NCBI GenBank assembly: GCA_030608565.1
Contig: JAUWDY010000001.1
Location: forward strand, 104,238-168,237
DNA length: 64,000 bases
Direction of reading: 5' to 3'
DNA from: Candidatus Bathyarchaeota archaeon
Lineage (GTDB): Archaea; Thermoproteota; Bathyarchaeia; Bathyarchaeales; Bathyarchaeaceae
A model generated the notes under the pieces. The model did not search any database, was not told the DNA's origin, and worked only from the letters and a program-made list of their open reading frames with translations. Positions within the stretch are counted from its first letter, which is position 1, and each line of letters starts with the position of its first letter. Positions 18,362 to 28,598 of the stretch are shown one piece after another. Made by a program: the position numbers and the translations under genes.

Positions 18362-20450
18362 AGGTCATTAAGAAGTTTCCAAACCCATCTACTCTGGCCT
18401 TCCAGTTAGGATAGACAACTGTGGTAGCATCGTATTGCTCTATTACTGCTGGGCCACAGATCATATTTCCCGGCTTGAGTTTCTCTCTGACATACACGGG
18501 ACATTTCACATAATCTTTGTATTTCTCAAAGAACACATTCCGCGTAGTCAAAAGAGCCTCTGCAGGCGGCTCCCGCTCACATAGTTTTTGCTTCATCAAT
18601 TTAGGCTTCATCACGATGCCGACTGCGACAAGCCTAGCATTCACCAACTCGACATTTTCTTCTCTTACTGCATACCCATAGACGGCCTTATGTTTGCTAT
18701 GAAACCTTTCTATGACACTGTCAAATTCTTCTTTGGTTAATGGAGCAAGCACTGGAATGGTAAGCTCGTACCCTTGGCCAAAGTACCTCATGTCCAACTG
18801 TCGCAGAAACGTCATGTTGTCAGGTTTGATTCTCTGCGATTCCATTATTTTCATGCCTTCGGCTTGCAGTTTCCTAAACGTCGCTTTAATATCGCTTAGT
18901 TGAACATCTTTCACTGTTTTCATGATGGCTTTTACAAGGCTATAGGTGAAATCGGCTGTGAGGAGTCCAAGCGCTGAAAACAGGCCTGGATTAGTTGGTA
19001 CAATAATGCTGGATATGTGTAATTCTTCAGCGAGGGCGCAAGCGTGCATTGGACCGGCTCCACCAAAGGAGTTTAATGTGAATTGTCTCGGGTCGTGGCC
19101 ACGCTCCACCGAAACGATTCTTAGAATCTTAGCCATGGTTGAGTTTACTATTCTTATTATACCTGCAGCGGCATCAGCTAATTCGAAACCGGTTTTCTCA
19201 CAGATTTCTTTATCAATGAATTTTTGAGACAACTCTGGGAATGCTTTCATTCTTCCTCCAAGCATATAGTTGGGGTTAAGCCTTCCAAGAATTAGGTTAG
19301 CGTCGGTTACGGTGGGTTTCTCTCCGCCTTTTCCGTAGCAGGCTGGACCAGGATCAGCTCCTGCGCTTAGTGGGCCGACTCTTAAGGCTCCGCCTGTGTC
19401 AACCCAAGCGATTGTTCCTCCTCCGGCGCTGCACTCTGCTAGGTCTATGAAGGGGAATCTTACGGGGTATCCGCTTCCTTTCACAATTCTTCCGCTGTGG
19501 ACTTTGCCAGCCACTTCGTACTCTGTCACAACTTCTGGGATTCCGCCTTGTACGATTCCTGCCTTAGCGGTGGTTCCGCCCATGTCGAAGCTTACTATGT
19601 TCTTGATTTTGAGCATTTTTCCGTAGAAGGATGATGCTATGACGCCGGCTGCTGGGCCAGATTCAACCATGCTTACCGGTTTTTCAATAATCACATTTTT
19701 AGAAGCTATACCGCCACTGGACTGCATCACGCAAAGTGGACTGGAAACGCCTAGTTTTTGAGTTCTATCAGATAAATCGTTCATATAGACTGACACGATT
19801 GGCATTAGGCACGCGTTCACTACTGTCGTGCTTGTTCTCTCGAACTCGCGGTATTCAGGTGCAATTTCAGAGGAGCATGTTACAAAAATCTGTGGGCATG
19901 CCTCTTGAAGCATATTCTTGATTTCTTGCTCGTGCTTCGGGTTCATGTAAGAGTGAAGCAACGCGATTGCTACAGCTTTGATTTTCTCACGTTTCAACTC
20001 AACTGTAAGGGTCTGTGCATTCTCGGTGTTTAACGGCTCTAACACTTCACCTTCCGGCCCAATTCTTTCATTAACTTCGTACCTAAGCTTTCTGGGCATA
20101 AGCATCCGAGGCCTTTGAACGAAAAGGTTGTATAACTCATGCCTCCTCTGCCGACCTATTTCTAAAACGTCTCTAAATCCCTTCGTTGTGATCAACGCAG
20201 CTTTTGGGAGTTCAAGACCAAGCTGCCCAAGCAATGCATTTACTGCTATTGTTGTGGCATGCGTTATTGTGGAAATTTTTTCGGGTTCAACTCCTTTGAG
20301 AAACTGTTTAAAAACCTCGATAACCGCGTCTGCAGGCTTTTTTGGAGTTGAGGACTCCTTGAAATTCATTAGCTTACCGGTTTGTTCGTTCAGTGCAACT
20401 AAGTCTGTGAATGTACCTCCAATGTCTACACTGACTCTGTATTCTGGCAA
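18333..20450 (-). CDS. hyuA: hydantoinase A / oxoprolinase family protein (ATP-dependent)
   Basis: 705 aa. N-terminus [13 protein letters not shown] and an internal FDMGGTTAK (ASKHA fold). Confidence 0.85.
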   Translation of the reverse strand: MPEYRVSVDIGGTFTDLVALNEQTGKLMNFKESSTPKKPADAVIEVFKQFLKGVEPEKISTITHATTIAVNALLGQLGLELPKAALITTKGFRDVLEIGRQRRHELYNLFVQRPRMLMPRKLRYEVNERIGPEGEVLEPLNTENAQTLTVELKREKIKAVAIALLHSYMNPKHEQEIKNMLQEACPQIFVTCSSEIAPEYREFERTSTTVVNACLMPIVSVYMNDLSDRTQKLGVSSPLCVMQSSGGIASKNVIIEKPVSMVESGPAAGVIASSFYGKMLKIKNIVSFDMGGTTAKAGIVQGGIPEVVTEYEVAGKVHSGRIVKGSGYPVRFPFIDLAECSAGGGTIAWVDTGGALRVGPLSAGADPGPACYGKGGEKPTVTDANLILGRLNPNYMLGGRMKAFPELSQKFIDKEICEKTGFELADAAAGIIRIVNSTMAKILRIVSVERGHDPRQFTLNSFGGAGPMHACALAEELHISSIIVPTNPGLFSALGLLTADFTYSLVKAIMKTVKDVQLSDIKATFRKLQAEGMKIMESQRIKPDNMTFLRQLDMRYFGQGYELTIPVLAPLTKEEFDSVIERFHSKHKAVYGYAVREENVELVNARLVAVGIVMKPKLMKQKLCEREPPAEALLTTRNVFFEKYKDYVKCPVYVREKLKPGNMICGPAVIEQYDATTVVYPNWKARVDGFGNFLMTFAGGKQVES

Positions 20451-20549
20451 GCTTTTTCGTAACTCCCATATTGCCTTGGCGGCAACAACTCATAAATTTT
20501 AGATAAGTTTAGAAGGAAATTTTTTTCAATCGAAGAGACTGCGTTTTTG

Positions 20550-21578
20550 TCAGCCGAAATATTTTCTCATGTCCTCAAGCGCGGCTGATGGAACAGGTAA
20601 ATCCTTCATGGTCACCAAGCCTGGCGCTGCATTCATCACCTTGGGAATGGAGTTTACGATTATCGCTACGGTTCCTGAGTCGCCGTGTATGCATGGTGTT
20701 ATTTTCTCGTGGACGTTTGGCACTCCTTTGATAGTGATAGCATCGTATTCTTCTTTTGCGCCTATGTACGCTTGAAAATCGAGTGAGATGACTTCTTTCT
20801 CTTCCTTTATGCCTCTTGCACATTGTTTTAGGCCAGCTACTTGACCGGGTTCCACTTTAACTGCCTCGCTTTCCACATGTGTCTTAGCTATCACCGGCTC
20901 CACGGGGTCTACCTCTATCTTGTCAAGTTTCCATTTTAAGGCGTTGGCTATCATGGCTATAGATTGTGTAAGTCCGACATGTCCCGTGATGGTTTTCTTT
21001 TCTATTCTTTCTTTGAATTCGTTGACGGTGAGTCCTGCTCCTATTTTCTTTTGGAATGGAGCCCTCCGCGTGGCAGCGTTCATTATTCTAGTTGCCTTGA
21101 TTTGCTCGATTTCTTGGCATACGCTAGTGAGTGTGATGACGATGGTGTCCATGAGGAAACCGGGGTTTATGCCCGTACCTAAGACGGTTACGCTGTGTTC
21201 TCTTGCTAGTTTGTCAAGTTTTTCTGCTATTTCCGGTTCCGTGGCGTATGGATACGAAAGTTCTTCGCATGTGGATATCACGTTTGCTCCATGTTTTATG
21301 GCTGCTGCTATCTGTGAGTATGTTTGTTTGAGGAATGATGTAGTTGAGTGAATTACTACGTCAGCATTAGCCTTAGAAAGCACACCGTCAGGGTTATTGG
21401 ATACCGTGATTCCTAACCGTTTGCCGATGTCTAAAACGTCTCCTAGGTCTTTTCCAACCTTCTCTTTGGCAACATCGATGGCACCAACGATTTCTACTCC
21501 TTTCTTCTTTAGTAGGAGTTTGGCTATGCGGCTTCCCATGGCGCCGACACCGTATAGAACTATTCTCACGTTTTCCAT
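20550..21578 (-). CDS. DapB-like NAD(P)-dependent amine dehydrogenase family (2,4-diaminopentanoate dehydrogenase-like)
   Basis: 342 aa. Rossmann motif IVLYGVGAMGSRI. TGINPGFLMD is typical of the DapB-like C-domain family. Confidence 0.65.
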   Translation of the reverse strand: MENVRIVLYGVGAMGSRIAKLLLKKKGVEIVGAIDVAKEKVGKDLGDVLDIGKRLGITVSNNPDGVLSKANADVVIHSTTSFLKQTYSQIAAAIKHGANVISTCEELSYPYATEPEIAEKLDKLAREHSVTVLGTGINPGFLMDTIVITLTSVCQEIEQIKATRIMNAATRRAPFQKKIGAGLTVNEFKERIEKKTITGHVGLTQSIAMIANALKWKLDKIEVDPVEPVIAKTHVESEAVKVEPGQVAGLKQCARGIKEEKEVISLDFQAYIGAKEEYDAITIKGVPNVHEKITPCIHGDSGTVAIIVNSIPKVMNAAPGLVTMKDLPVPSAALEDMRKYFG

Positions 21579-21700
21579 GGCTCAATCCTTCTTTTGTTAT
21601 GCGTAGCGTTTTACTCTGATATAGGTGTATTCTGTGTGTGCACGCATAAATATGTCAGATTTCATTTATGATTAGAAACTTTAAGGATTAAACGGGATGG

Positions 21701-22984
21701 TTGATGCGGCGTTCAGAATTATACTCAGCGAGCGTTATAGTACTATCAATAACCTCCATGGTCGAGAACATCGCAGGCGCCCTACCTATATCCTACTTCC
21801 CCTATTACGCAACCTCCTTAGGGGCTGAAATCTGGTTTATAGGAGTGTTCATAGCCGCCTTCATGGTTACAAGCGCATTTCTCTCTTCCCCGTTTGGAAG
21901 CCTCTCTGATCGAGCTGGCAGGAAGAAACTCATTCAAGCTGGACTACTAGCAGATGTTTTCCTAGGCATATTAACAGGTTTAGTTCCGAATTGGCAGACA
22001 CTCCTCATCATCAGAGCCCTAAACGGGGTAGCTACAGCAGCAGTTCGACCCGCAGCAGAAGCTTCCTTAATCGACCAAGTTCCAAAAAGACGAAAAGGCG
22101 AAGCCCTAGGATTCTTCCTAACCCTAACCATGGTAGGATGGTTCATAGGCCCCATCTTCGGTGGAACCATTCAATTCCTTTCAGAGACCACTTTAGGATT
22201 AACTTTAGAAAATAGTTACAGAATCCCATATTTTATAGATTCCTTGTTATCCGTAATCGCCATAGGATTAGTGACATGGAAGGTCAAAGAGACAAGAGGA
22301 AAAAAATCTGACTTGAAAAGAACAGAGGCCGAGGAAGAAGACGACTTCAAGCTTACTGGATGGATTCTACGTTCCATAAGAGTCCTGTACGTTACAACCC
22401 TGACTAACGGCTTCGCAGTAGGCTTCATCGCCCCAGTGGGCGTCCTCTTCCTAGCCGAGGTCTTCGGAGCCATAACCTTCCAGATCGGAGCAATCCTATC
22501 CATATCAGGGTTTGTAGGAATAGCATGCAATTTCTTCGCGGGCAAACTAGCCGATAAGTGGGGAAGAAAGCCAGTGATAACCATTGGAAGTCTATCATCC
22601 AGACTCGGATCGATAGCACTACCATTCGCCTCGAATCTTTGGCAAGCGACAGGAGTTATGGCGTTTAGATCCTTAGGGATAAACGTAAGCATGCCCGCGG
22701 GAAGAGCATTAAGAGCAGACCTTGCCCCTGCAAAAATAAGGGGAAAATTATTCGGAAGGTTCACTGCATTCTTCGACGTAGGCATGATTGCAGGAGTCCT
22801 CATAGGACCATGGCTCTTCCAGACGTTCCAATTCCAAGAATTTAGGATCGAATGGCTTGGAGGCCTGATAGTTAAAGGAGCAGGACTCCCATTTTTCCTA
22901 AGTGGAATAATAGGATTAATAGCTTTAGCACTTCTACTTGCCTTTGTTGAAGAACCGCAGAGAAAAGAAAAAGAAGATCGATAA
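21701..22984 (+). CDS. MFS transporter
   Basis: 427 aa with about 12 TM segments and MFS loop motifs GSLSDRAGRKK and GKLADKWGRKP. Confidence 0.8.
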   Translation: MMRRSELYSASVIVLSITSMVENIAGALPISYFPYYATSLGAEIWFIGVFIAAFMVTSAFLSSPFGSLSDRAGRKKLIQAGLLADVFLGILTGLVPNWQTLLIIRALNGVATAAVRPAAEASLIDQVPKRRKGEALGFFLTLTMVGWFIGPIFGGTIQFLSETTLGLTLENSYRIPYFIDSLLSVIAIGLVTWKVKETRGKKSDLKRTEAEEEDDFKLTGWILRSIRVLYVTTLTNGFAVGFIAPVGVLFLAEVFGAITFQIGAILSISGFVGIACNFFAGKLADKWGRKPVITIGSLSSRLGSIALPFASNLWQATGVMAFRSLGINVSMPAGRALRADLAPAKIRGKLFGRFTAFFDVGMIAGVLIGPWLFQTFQFQEFRIEWLGGLIVKGAGLPFFLSGIIGLIALALLLAFVEEPQRKEKEDR

Positions 22985-23275
22985 TTATTGAAAATCAAAA
23001 CAGACAACGCACGCATTTCAATCATCCAGTTCATTGGTTTTGGTGCTCAAATTCGTTCAAAAACAATCATTTATTCACCATCGCAAAGGAGTCCACCATT
23101 GAAAACAAAGAATACCACAACACCGGTATTTTTCAGTTGAGGAGATTCAACGAATCAAGATCTACAAAGAAACAGCTTAAAACCAAAAAACCTTTCTCCC
23201 TCAGCTCTACAGCAACTCTATTCTACGTCGTCTATCCTCCACTCTCAAAACAGAGCCCTCCCAAAAAAACCACGT

Positions 23276-23465
23276 AATCAAAGTGTGAACAGAGTTTTCA
23301 CTAGGCTTAGAAACAAAACACAACCTAAAAGTAACCCTGACACAAGCCATGATCCCCCCTAGGTAGGGGGGTCTATAAAGAGAGAGAATAAGAAACTGCA
23401 AAAAATTAGGGGGGGGCTATAGGGGGGTCTAATAAGAGAGAGACACCCACAAATAACCTAACAAG
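23276..23465. repeat. repeat copy A (inverted partner of 31582-31714) carrying an internal ~55-nt tandem duplication and a C6/G6 hairpin
   Basis: Hand alignment to the reverse complement of 31582-31714 shows about 94% identity over ~100 nt plus about 90% over the distal 33 nt. GATCCCCCCTAGGTAGGGGGGTC is a palindrome. Confidence 0.85.
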
Positions 23466-23505
23466 CAAAAACGTTCAATTCTACTATTCACAAAACACCA
23501 ACAGA

Positions 23506-23985
23506 TCAAGCCATCCGCTTAATAAGATCGTTAATAACTTCACCCCTATACCCAGTAACTCCACCAGCAGCATAACTCTTTTTCACCTTACCTTTGAAAC
23601 CTTTCTTTGGCGGATGAAGACGAAACAGAGGCTTAACACCAGAAAGACTACTATACTCAACCTTCAACGCATAAATAGCCTCAGCCAAATCATCAATTGA
23701 TTCATAACCAATCCCTTGAACATACTGTTCAGTCAACTTCTTATTACCAACAAGCTTCCCTCTTTTCCTCAAAAGAAGCGCAACACCCTCTCTAGAAACC
23801 TCACCCCAAACCAAGTAATCCTTCGCTTTACGCAGCATACCCAAGTAGGAAGGACGATCATCAATCAATGTAGCATGACAATTCCGAGTTAGATGAAGCA
23901 TCTGAAGCGTTTCATCAATTTCTCGAAAAACGCCACTCAGCCCACGAACCCGAATAACCGCTAAACACTTCCGTTTCTCCTTCAT
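23506..23985 (-). CDS. rpl30p: 50S ribosomal protein L30 (uL30)
   Basis: 159 aa. LAVIRVRGLSG... Last gene of the canonical archaeal spc-type order. Confidence 0.9.
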   Translation of the reverse strand: MKEKRKCLAVIRVRGLSGVFREIDETLQMLHLTRNCHATLIDDRPSYLGMLRKAKDYLVWGEVSREGVALLLRKRGKLVGNKKLTEQYVQGIGYESIDDLAEAIYALKVEYSSLSGVKPLFRLHPPKKGFKGKVKKSYAAGGVTGYRGEVINDLIKRMA

Positions 23986-24618
23986 TTACCCCACCCAATC
24001 ACTCGGCATGACGAGAGTATACGTTTTCCGAAGAGCCTCAAACACAGCATAAGCAAAGGAAGGAACAGTCTTAGTAGAACCATAGCTCCGCGTCCAACAA
24101 TCCTTAACCCCAGCAAGCCCCAAAATAACCTTAGCCGCTTCATTCGCAACAACACCTAAACCACGAGGACCCGGAATCAACACAACCTCCACTCCACCAC
24201 ACTTAGCTCGAACCCGAAACGGCAAAGAATGCGGTTTCCCACACCCACATTCCCAGCTTCCACAACCTCGACGAATAAGAGTAACGTTAAGACGCGCATC
24301 CACCGCGCCTCTCTCAATAGCATTACGCACCTGCTTCGCCTTTCCTGAACCTAAACCCACATAGCCATCGCGGTTTCCAACAGCCACAATCGCCTTAAAT
24401 CGAGATTTCTCTCCAGCATCAGTTTGCTTTTGCACCAAATTTATGTCAATAACTTCTTCTTGCAGATCTGGAAGAAGAACATCCACTATTTCCGGTTCAC
24501 GTATTTTCAGCCCTTCCATAAACACTTCTTCAATAGAAGAGATATGGCCTTCAAGAATCATTTTCCCCAGCCTTGTACGAGGCTTCCACCCCGCCACCTT
24601 TTCCTCCGTGGATCTCAT
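23986..24618 (-). CDS. rps5p: 30S ribosomal protein S5 (uS5)
   Basis: 210 aa. WKPRTRLGKMI... and VAVGNRDGYVGLGSGKA. Confidence 0.9.
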   Translation of the reverse strand: MRSTEEKVAGWKPRTRLGKMILEGHISSIEEVFMEGLKIREPEIVDVLLPDLQEEVIDINLVQKQTDAGEKSRFKAIVAVGNRDGYVGLGSGKAKQVRNAIERGAVDARLNVTLIRRGCGSWECGCGKPHSLPFRVRAKCGGVEVVLIPGPRGLGVVANEAAKVILGLAGVKDCWTRSYGSTKTVPSFAYAVFEALRKTYTLVMPSDWVG

Positions 24619-25217
24619 GCTTTTTCCTCCTTAAATGAAGAAACAATTTTCTCCTTCGTCAAAGAAAAATGTTCAGAAAGTTGTTCAGGACGCAAACCCT
24701 TTGACAACTGTTTAGAAAACAATTTCTGATAGGCATCCAAGTTTGAAGATAATTGATTTGCATAATCGACAACATGCTCCCCACATATTCTTTTTCCGTC
24801 CGGCAGCATCTTTTCATCATGTGGAACCATCATACCAGCGTCAAGAACCCCCTTTAACACAGCAAAAACTCGCGAGCCTCGGGAAGGACACTGCAAACCT
24901 ATATCCAAAACAGCCTTTTTCACGCCATGGACAATTGCTCTGCAACCGCACAAAAGCCCAGTCAAATAAGCCGCTGGAACGTTTTTGCAACTGCCTTGCC
25001 ATCCATAAGTTTTCATCAGTTCGCAGGAGTGAGCAGACGCAATGACCACATCGCCACTTGTCTTGGCTTCAATGACTTGGGCGATAGTATGCTTTAACGT
25101 CCCGCGAGCTATTAATCGAGGCAACCTAGACAAAACAAGAGCTCTTCTTGAATGATAGTCAGTTTTTCCTTCTCTCCGTCTGCGGAAGGGTACACGATAG
25201 CTGGGTCCTGTGGCCAT
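24615..25217 (-). CDS. rpl18p: 50S ribosomal protein L18 (uL18)
   Basis: 200 aa. YRVPFRRRREGKTDY. Confidence 0.9.
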   Translation of the reverse strand: MATGPSYRVPFRRRREGKTDYHSRRALVLSRLPRLIARGTLKHTIAQVIEAKTSGDVVIASAHSCELMKTYGWQGSCKNVPAAYLTGLLCGCRAIVHGVKKAVLDIGLQCPSRGSRVFAVLKGVLDAGMMVPHDEKMLPDGKRICGEHVVDYANQLSSNLDAYQKLFSKQLSKGLRPEQLSEHFSLTKEKIVSSFKEEKA

Positions 25218-25669
25218 TACTGTTTCCTCCCTAAACCACGGGTTTTGATGTGACGTTCCAAGTCTGCTGTTGACTCAAATACTCCACTTCCAGCTTTGTT
25301 GTAGAGTTTACGATAAACGCTTTTCGTGATCACACGGCTTGTTTTCAGTTCACGCAACTTTTTTCGCAACGCTCGGATTTTTTTCATCCACCTTCGCTTC
25401 TTAGAAATCCTTGCATGAGTCGACCCACTTTTTCGACCTGGGCCCCTCCTTAATCCTTTCTTTTTCTTTTCATGCAAAACCCGTGCACGAGCACGACTAA
25501 TACCCTTTTTGGGTCGAGGTTGAATGATCTCTTCATGGATTAGCCTTCTGATTTCCTGCCTAGTAATTGCTGCCTCAACATCCTCTATTCGATCAGGGTC
25601 TATCCAAACTCGCCCCTCACCAACATTGAGAAGCTCGGCAGCTAATCGGCGTTGACTTCTAAGACTCAA
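25217..25669 (-). CDS. rpl19e: 50S ribosomal protein L19e
   Basis: 150 aa. [23 protein letters not shown]. Confidence 0.9.
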   Translation of the reverse strand: MSLRSQRRLAAELLNVGEGRVWIDPDRIEDVEAAITRQEIRRLIHEEIIQPRPKKGISRARARVLHEKKKKGLRRGPGRKSGSTHARISKKRRWMKKIRALRKKLRELKTSRVITKSVYRKLYNKAGSGVFESTADLERHIKTRGLGRKQ

Positions 25670-26154
25670 TTCTTTTCGCTCCGTTTATGCTGTTCAGCCT
25701 TCTCCTCTTTTTTCTCCTTCTCTTCTTCCTCGACTTCTTCAAGTTCTTTCATTTCTCTGGGATTTAGAATGTGAATTCCTCGTTCCTCGGCTCTGGCAGA
25801 GATTTCAACTCGTTTTCTCGCTCCCACAGTGCGAGCAATTCTGATGGCTTGCGTTTTAGGATCAACTTTTTCAACATCATCTACGTTATATACTAAAGCC
25901 TCTGCATATCCCGATGGGTGAAGACCTCTAGTTTTCTTTGGACCACGATAACCAACTTCCACGGATCGGGGCCAGCCCTTTACCTTCTTCCGCATTTTAC
26001 TGTCTATGCCACGTGGTCTCCGCCAACTTTCTTCTACTCTCTTGTATCGCCAACTTTCTTGTCGCCTAAAATCGGGTTTCTTATCTTTAATGCGTTCTCG
26101 CTTTCTTAAAGCTCGCTCTTTGGCGAACGTCTCTGGTTTTTTCTCGCTTTTCAT
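25666..26154 (-). CDS. rpl32e: 50S ribosomal protein L32e (with Glu/Lys-rich C-terminal tail)
   Basis: 162 aa. [24 protein letters not shown]. Confidence 0.9.
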   Translation of the reverse strand: MKSEKKPETFAKERALRKRERIKDKKPDFRRQESWRYKRVEESWRRPRGIDSKMRKKVKGWPRSVEVGYRGPKKTRGLHPSGYAEALVYNVDDVEKVDPKTQAIRIARTVGARKRVEISARAEERGIHILNPREMKELEEVEEEEKEKKEEKAEQHKRSEKN

Positions 26155-26699
26155 TCTTTCATCCCCTCATGCCGCTCGTAAGTGTAGATGCCGTCAAGGA
26201 ACACCCGGGGGTCTTTTTTCTTAATTTTGGTTGCTCTTTCGATGTTTGCAGCGGTTTGGCTGACATCCTCGATGTTGATTCCTTGTACAGTTACGTCATC
26301 GCCCTTTGGCATAACCTTGGCGTCACCCATTATTTTGGCTATGCGTGGGCTTCGTTCCCCTGTAAAGTTTTCGATAGTCACTGTTTTTTCTCTAACTTTG
26401 ACAGATATTGGGAAGTGTGAGAACACGATTTTGAGTTTGTAAGTAAATCCCTTAGTCACCCCTATCATCATGTTTTGAATATGAGAGCAGATCGTTCCCA
26501 CGAGAGCTGCTTCTCTTTTGCGAGGCCAGCTCGCTCGAATCTTTATCAAATCTTCTTCTAATTGAACAGATACGGAGGCATGAGAAAAGTCTCGCGTTAG
26601 TGTTCCCTTTTCACCCTTAACCATTACAACTCTTCCCTCTACTTTAACGTCCACCTCTTCAGGAATTTCGATCGATCTAACCGCCTCAATGACGCGCAT
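26151..26699 (-). CDS. rpl6p: 50S ribosomal protein L6 (uL6)
   Basis: 182 aa, with the expected operon position and sequence pattern. Confidence 0.9.
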   Translation of the reverse strand: MRVIEAVRSIEIPEEVDVKVEGRVVMVKGEKGTLTRDFSHASVSVQLEEDLIKIRASWPRKREAALVGTICSHIQNMMIGVTKGFTYKLKIVFSHFPISVKVREKTVTIENFTGERSPRIAKIMGDAKVMPKGDDVTVQGINIEDVSQTAANIERATKIKKKDPRVFLDGIYTYERHEGMKE

Positions 26700-26710
26700 T
26701 CACAGTTCCC

Positions 26711-27103
26711 CTAATAGATAAAAGCAAGGAGTCTCCCCCCGATTTTTTCCTTCTTAACCTTCCGATGAGCCAGCACTCCCTTGGAAGTGGAAACCACGAG
26801 AACACCGATGTCTCTGGATGGGAGAAAACGTTTCTCCCAAGTTTCAAATTCATTTGATCTCACAGGAAAACGGGGTTTTACGGCGCCGCATTTGTTTATA
26901 CGACCAAGAAGCTGTATCTTGAACTTTCCGGAACGCCCGTCCTCCACAAATTCAAATTCGCCGATATACCCATTCAGTTGCATAATCCTCAAAACGCGCC
27001 CCAAGAGCTTAGAGGCTGGACTAATTATGCATTCACGCTTATTTCGCATCTCATTGTTCATAATGGTCGTCAACCCATTAGCAAGAGTATCTACAGGTGT
27101 CAA
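26711..27103 (-). CDS. rps8p: 30S ribosomal protein S8 (uS8)
   Basis: 130 aa. DTLANGLTTIMNNEMRNK. Confidence 0.9.
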   Translation of the reverse strand: MTPVDTLANGLTTIMNNEMRNKRECIISPASKLLGRVLRIMQLNGYIGEFEFVEDGRSGKFKIQLLGRINKCGAVKPRFPVRSNEFETWEKRFLPSRDIGVLVVSTSKGVLAHRKVKKEKIGGRLLAFIY

Positions 27104-27117
27104 TTTTCCAGCGCCTC

Positions 27118-27282
27118 CTACTCATACTTTTTGAACCCAAGTTTTTCAGCGACCTCTCTAAAACATTGGCGACATAAATACAGTCCATGCCGACGAATGA
27201 TTGCTCCATAGGAGCCACATCGTCTGCATGGGCGGCTACCCTTACCGTATTTTCGCTCTTTTTTTGGCTTCTGTTTTCCCAT
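27118..27282 (-). CDS. rps14p: 30S ribosomal protein S14 type Z (uS14), 54 aa
   Basis: Found by hand and below the ORF-track cutoff: [54 protein letters not shown], with the CxxC...CxxC zinc motif. It occupies the expected slot between L5 and S8. Confidence 0.9.
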   Translation of the reverse strand: MGKQKPKKERKYGKGSRPCRRCGSYGAIIRRHGLYLCRQCFREVAEKLGFKKYE

Positions 27283-27297
27283 CCGAGTGCCCTCAGC

Positions 27298-27879
27298 TTA
27301 TACGATTTCAACTCCAAATTCATCTTTAATAAATAGCATCGCATCATCAAGTGTCAATAAGTGGTCTAGTCCAACTTTAGATCGAGCACGATGCCTCCGT
27401 TTAACGCGATATCCGGGTCTACCAAGAGTAACTGAAACATCCATGCCATATATGCCGAGTTCTGGCACGTATTTGGTGCCAGGTATCTCTATATGTTCCT
27501 TAATGCCGAAAGAAAAGTTTCCGTGACGGTCAAAACAGTCCTTTGAAAGTTTATTATCAACAGTATGAAAAGCTTTCTGAAGAAAATTCTTCGCTTTTTC
27601 CTTCCGAAGAGTCACAACACAAGCGATCGGTTCTCCTTTTCTGATACCAAAATCCCGTATTGTTTTCTTGGCCTTCCGCTTACAAGGCGTTTGTTCAGTC
27701 AGTTTCTCAAGAACCTTTGATGCCTTTTCAAGAGGCTCTCCAGACTTTCCGACAGAAATATTGACGGTTACTTTTTCAATTTTGGATTTAAGCATCGGAT
27801 CTTCACGCCATCTCTTGCGAATTTCTTCTTCTGACAAATCAATTATCCTCCGGCAAAGATATCCACGGCCGGGTATCAC
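27298..27879 (-). CDS. rpl5p: 50S ribosomal protein L5 (uL5)
   Basis: The ORF-track maximum is 193 aa. A TTG at 27837, 2 nt after the S4e stop, would give MSEEEIRKRWREDPM... and is the more likely start. Confidence 0.85.
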   Translation of the reverse strand: MIPGRGYLCRRIIDLSEEEIRKRWREDPMLKSKIEKVTVNISVGKSGEPLEKASKVLEKLTEQTPCKRKAKKTIRDFGIRKGEPIACVVTLRKEKAKNFLQKAFHTVDNKLSKDCFDRHGNFSFGIKEHIEIPGTKYVPELGIYGMDVSVTLGRPGYRVKRRHRARSKVGLDHLLTLDDAMLFIKDEFGVEIV

Positions 27880-28597
27880 CAGTAGCGAAAATGAAATTAA
27901 GAGTTGTTTGGAAGCGATTTCCGTTTTCGTCTTCGATAGTAACCAGCGAGCCTCTGCGTTTTTGGCCTGAGCGCTTTTCTACGGTAACGATCTTGCCGTA
28001 TTTACCCACGTTTTTTCCTCCAATAATAATTGCGTGCATGTCTTTACCTAGCTTCAGGTGTGCAGTAATTTCTTGACTAGGGACACTTGTTTTCAAAACA
28101 TCTAATGTTTGATAGACATCTTTTTCAGGTTTTTGGGGGTCTTCCACTTGAACCTGTATGTTTCTTCCATCATGAAGATTAAGCTGCATATGTCCGCCTT
28201 TGATGACAGTTTTGTTTTCGATTCTACAGAGTTTGAATAGTGCCTCCTCGGGTCCAATGGAATGAAGAAACAACCCTTTTTCAGAGGGTAAAATTCGATA
28301 CGTTTTTTTCATCTCAGGTATGGAAATGACGTCCATTAGGCCTGTTGGAAAAAGTTCCTCCAGTTGTAATTTTCCGTTGACTTCTATCTTTCCTTGGGAA
28401 ATTATCGTTTTTGCTTCTTTTCGTGTTTTTGCGAATCCAAGAATATCACGGACAATAAGTGCAAGTGGCATGCAACGTGAAGTTGGGTGAGGCCCCGGCT
28501 TAGGTCTAACTACCCAAACGAATTCTTTTCGATGGATGGGCCAAAATTTTGGAGCTGGTTTTCGTTTTAAGTGTTTTTTTCCGCCTTTTTTCCCCAA
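27839..28597 (-). CDS. rps4e: 30S ribosomal protein S4e
   Basis: 252 aa. GGKKHLKRKPAPKFWPIHRKE. Confidence 0.9.
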   Translation of the reverse strand: MGKKGGKKHLKRKPAPKFWPIHRKEFVWVVRPKPGPHPTSRCMPLALIVRDILGFAKTRKEAKTIISQGKIEVNGKLQLEELFPTGLMDVISIPEMKKTYRILPSEKGLFLHSIGPEEALFKLCRIENKTVIKGGHMQLNLHDGRNIQVQVEDPQKPEKDVYQTLDVLKTSVPSQEITAHLKLGKDMHAIIIGGKNVGKYGKIVTVEKRSGQKRRGSLVTIEDENGNRFQTTLNFIFATGDTRPWISLPEDN

Positions 28598-28598
28598 T

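Noticed and set aside
22216-23034. 272-aa ORF antisense to the MFS transporter gene
   Set aside because: It mirrors a gene with clear MFS motifs on the other strand. The composition is Pro/Ser/Asn-rich with no recognisable domain, which is a typical shadow ORF.
23207-23401. 64-aa ORF inside repeat copy A (MQFLILSLYRPPYLGG...MACVRVTFRLCFVSK...)
   Set aside because: The equivalent reading frame in copy B stops after 26 codons, and all three substitutions between the copies are non-synonymous. The repeat is more likely non-coding.
23359-23447. Possible CRISPR-like repeats (TAGGGGGGTCTA.TAAGAGAGAGA twice)
   Set aside because: There are only two units with a 30-nt gap, no further repeats and no cas genes in the window. 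It is better explained as a tandem duplication inside the larger repeat.
27078-27350. 90-aa ORF from the track in the S8-L5 spacer
   Set aside because: It is in the wrong frame. The real gene here is the 54-aa zinc-ribbon S14 (27118-27282), which falls below the track length cutoff.
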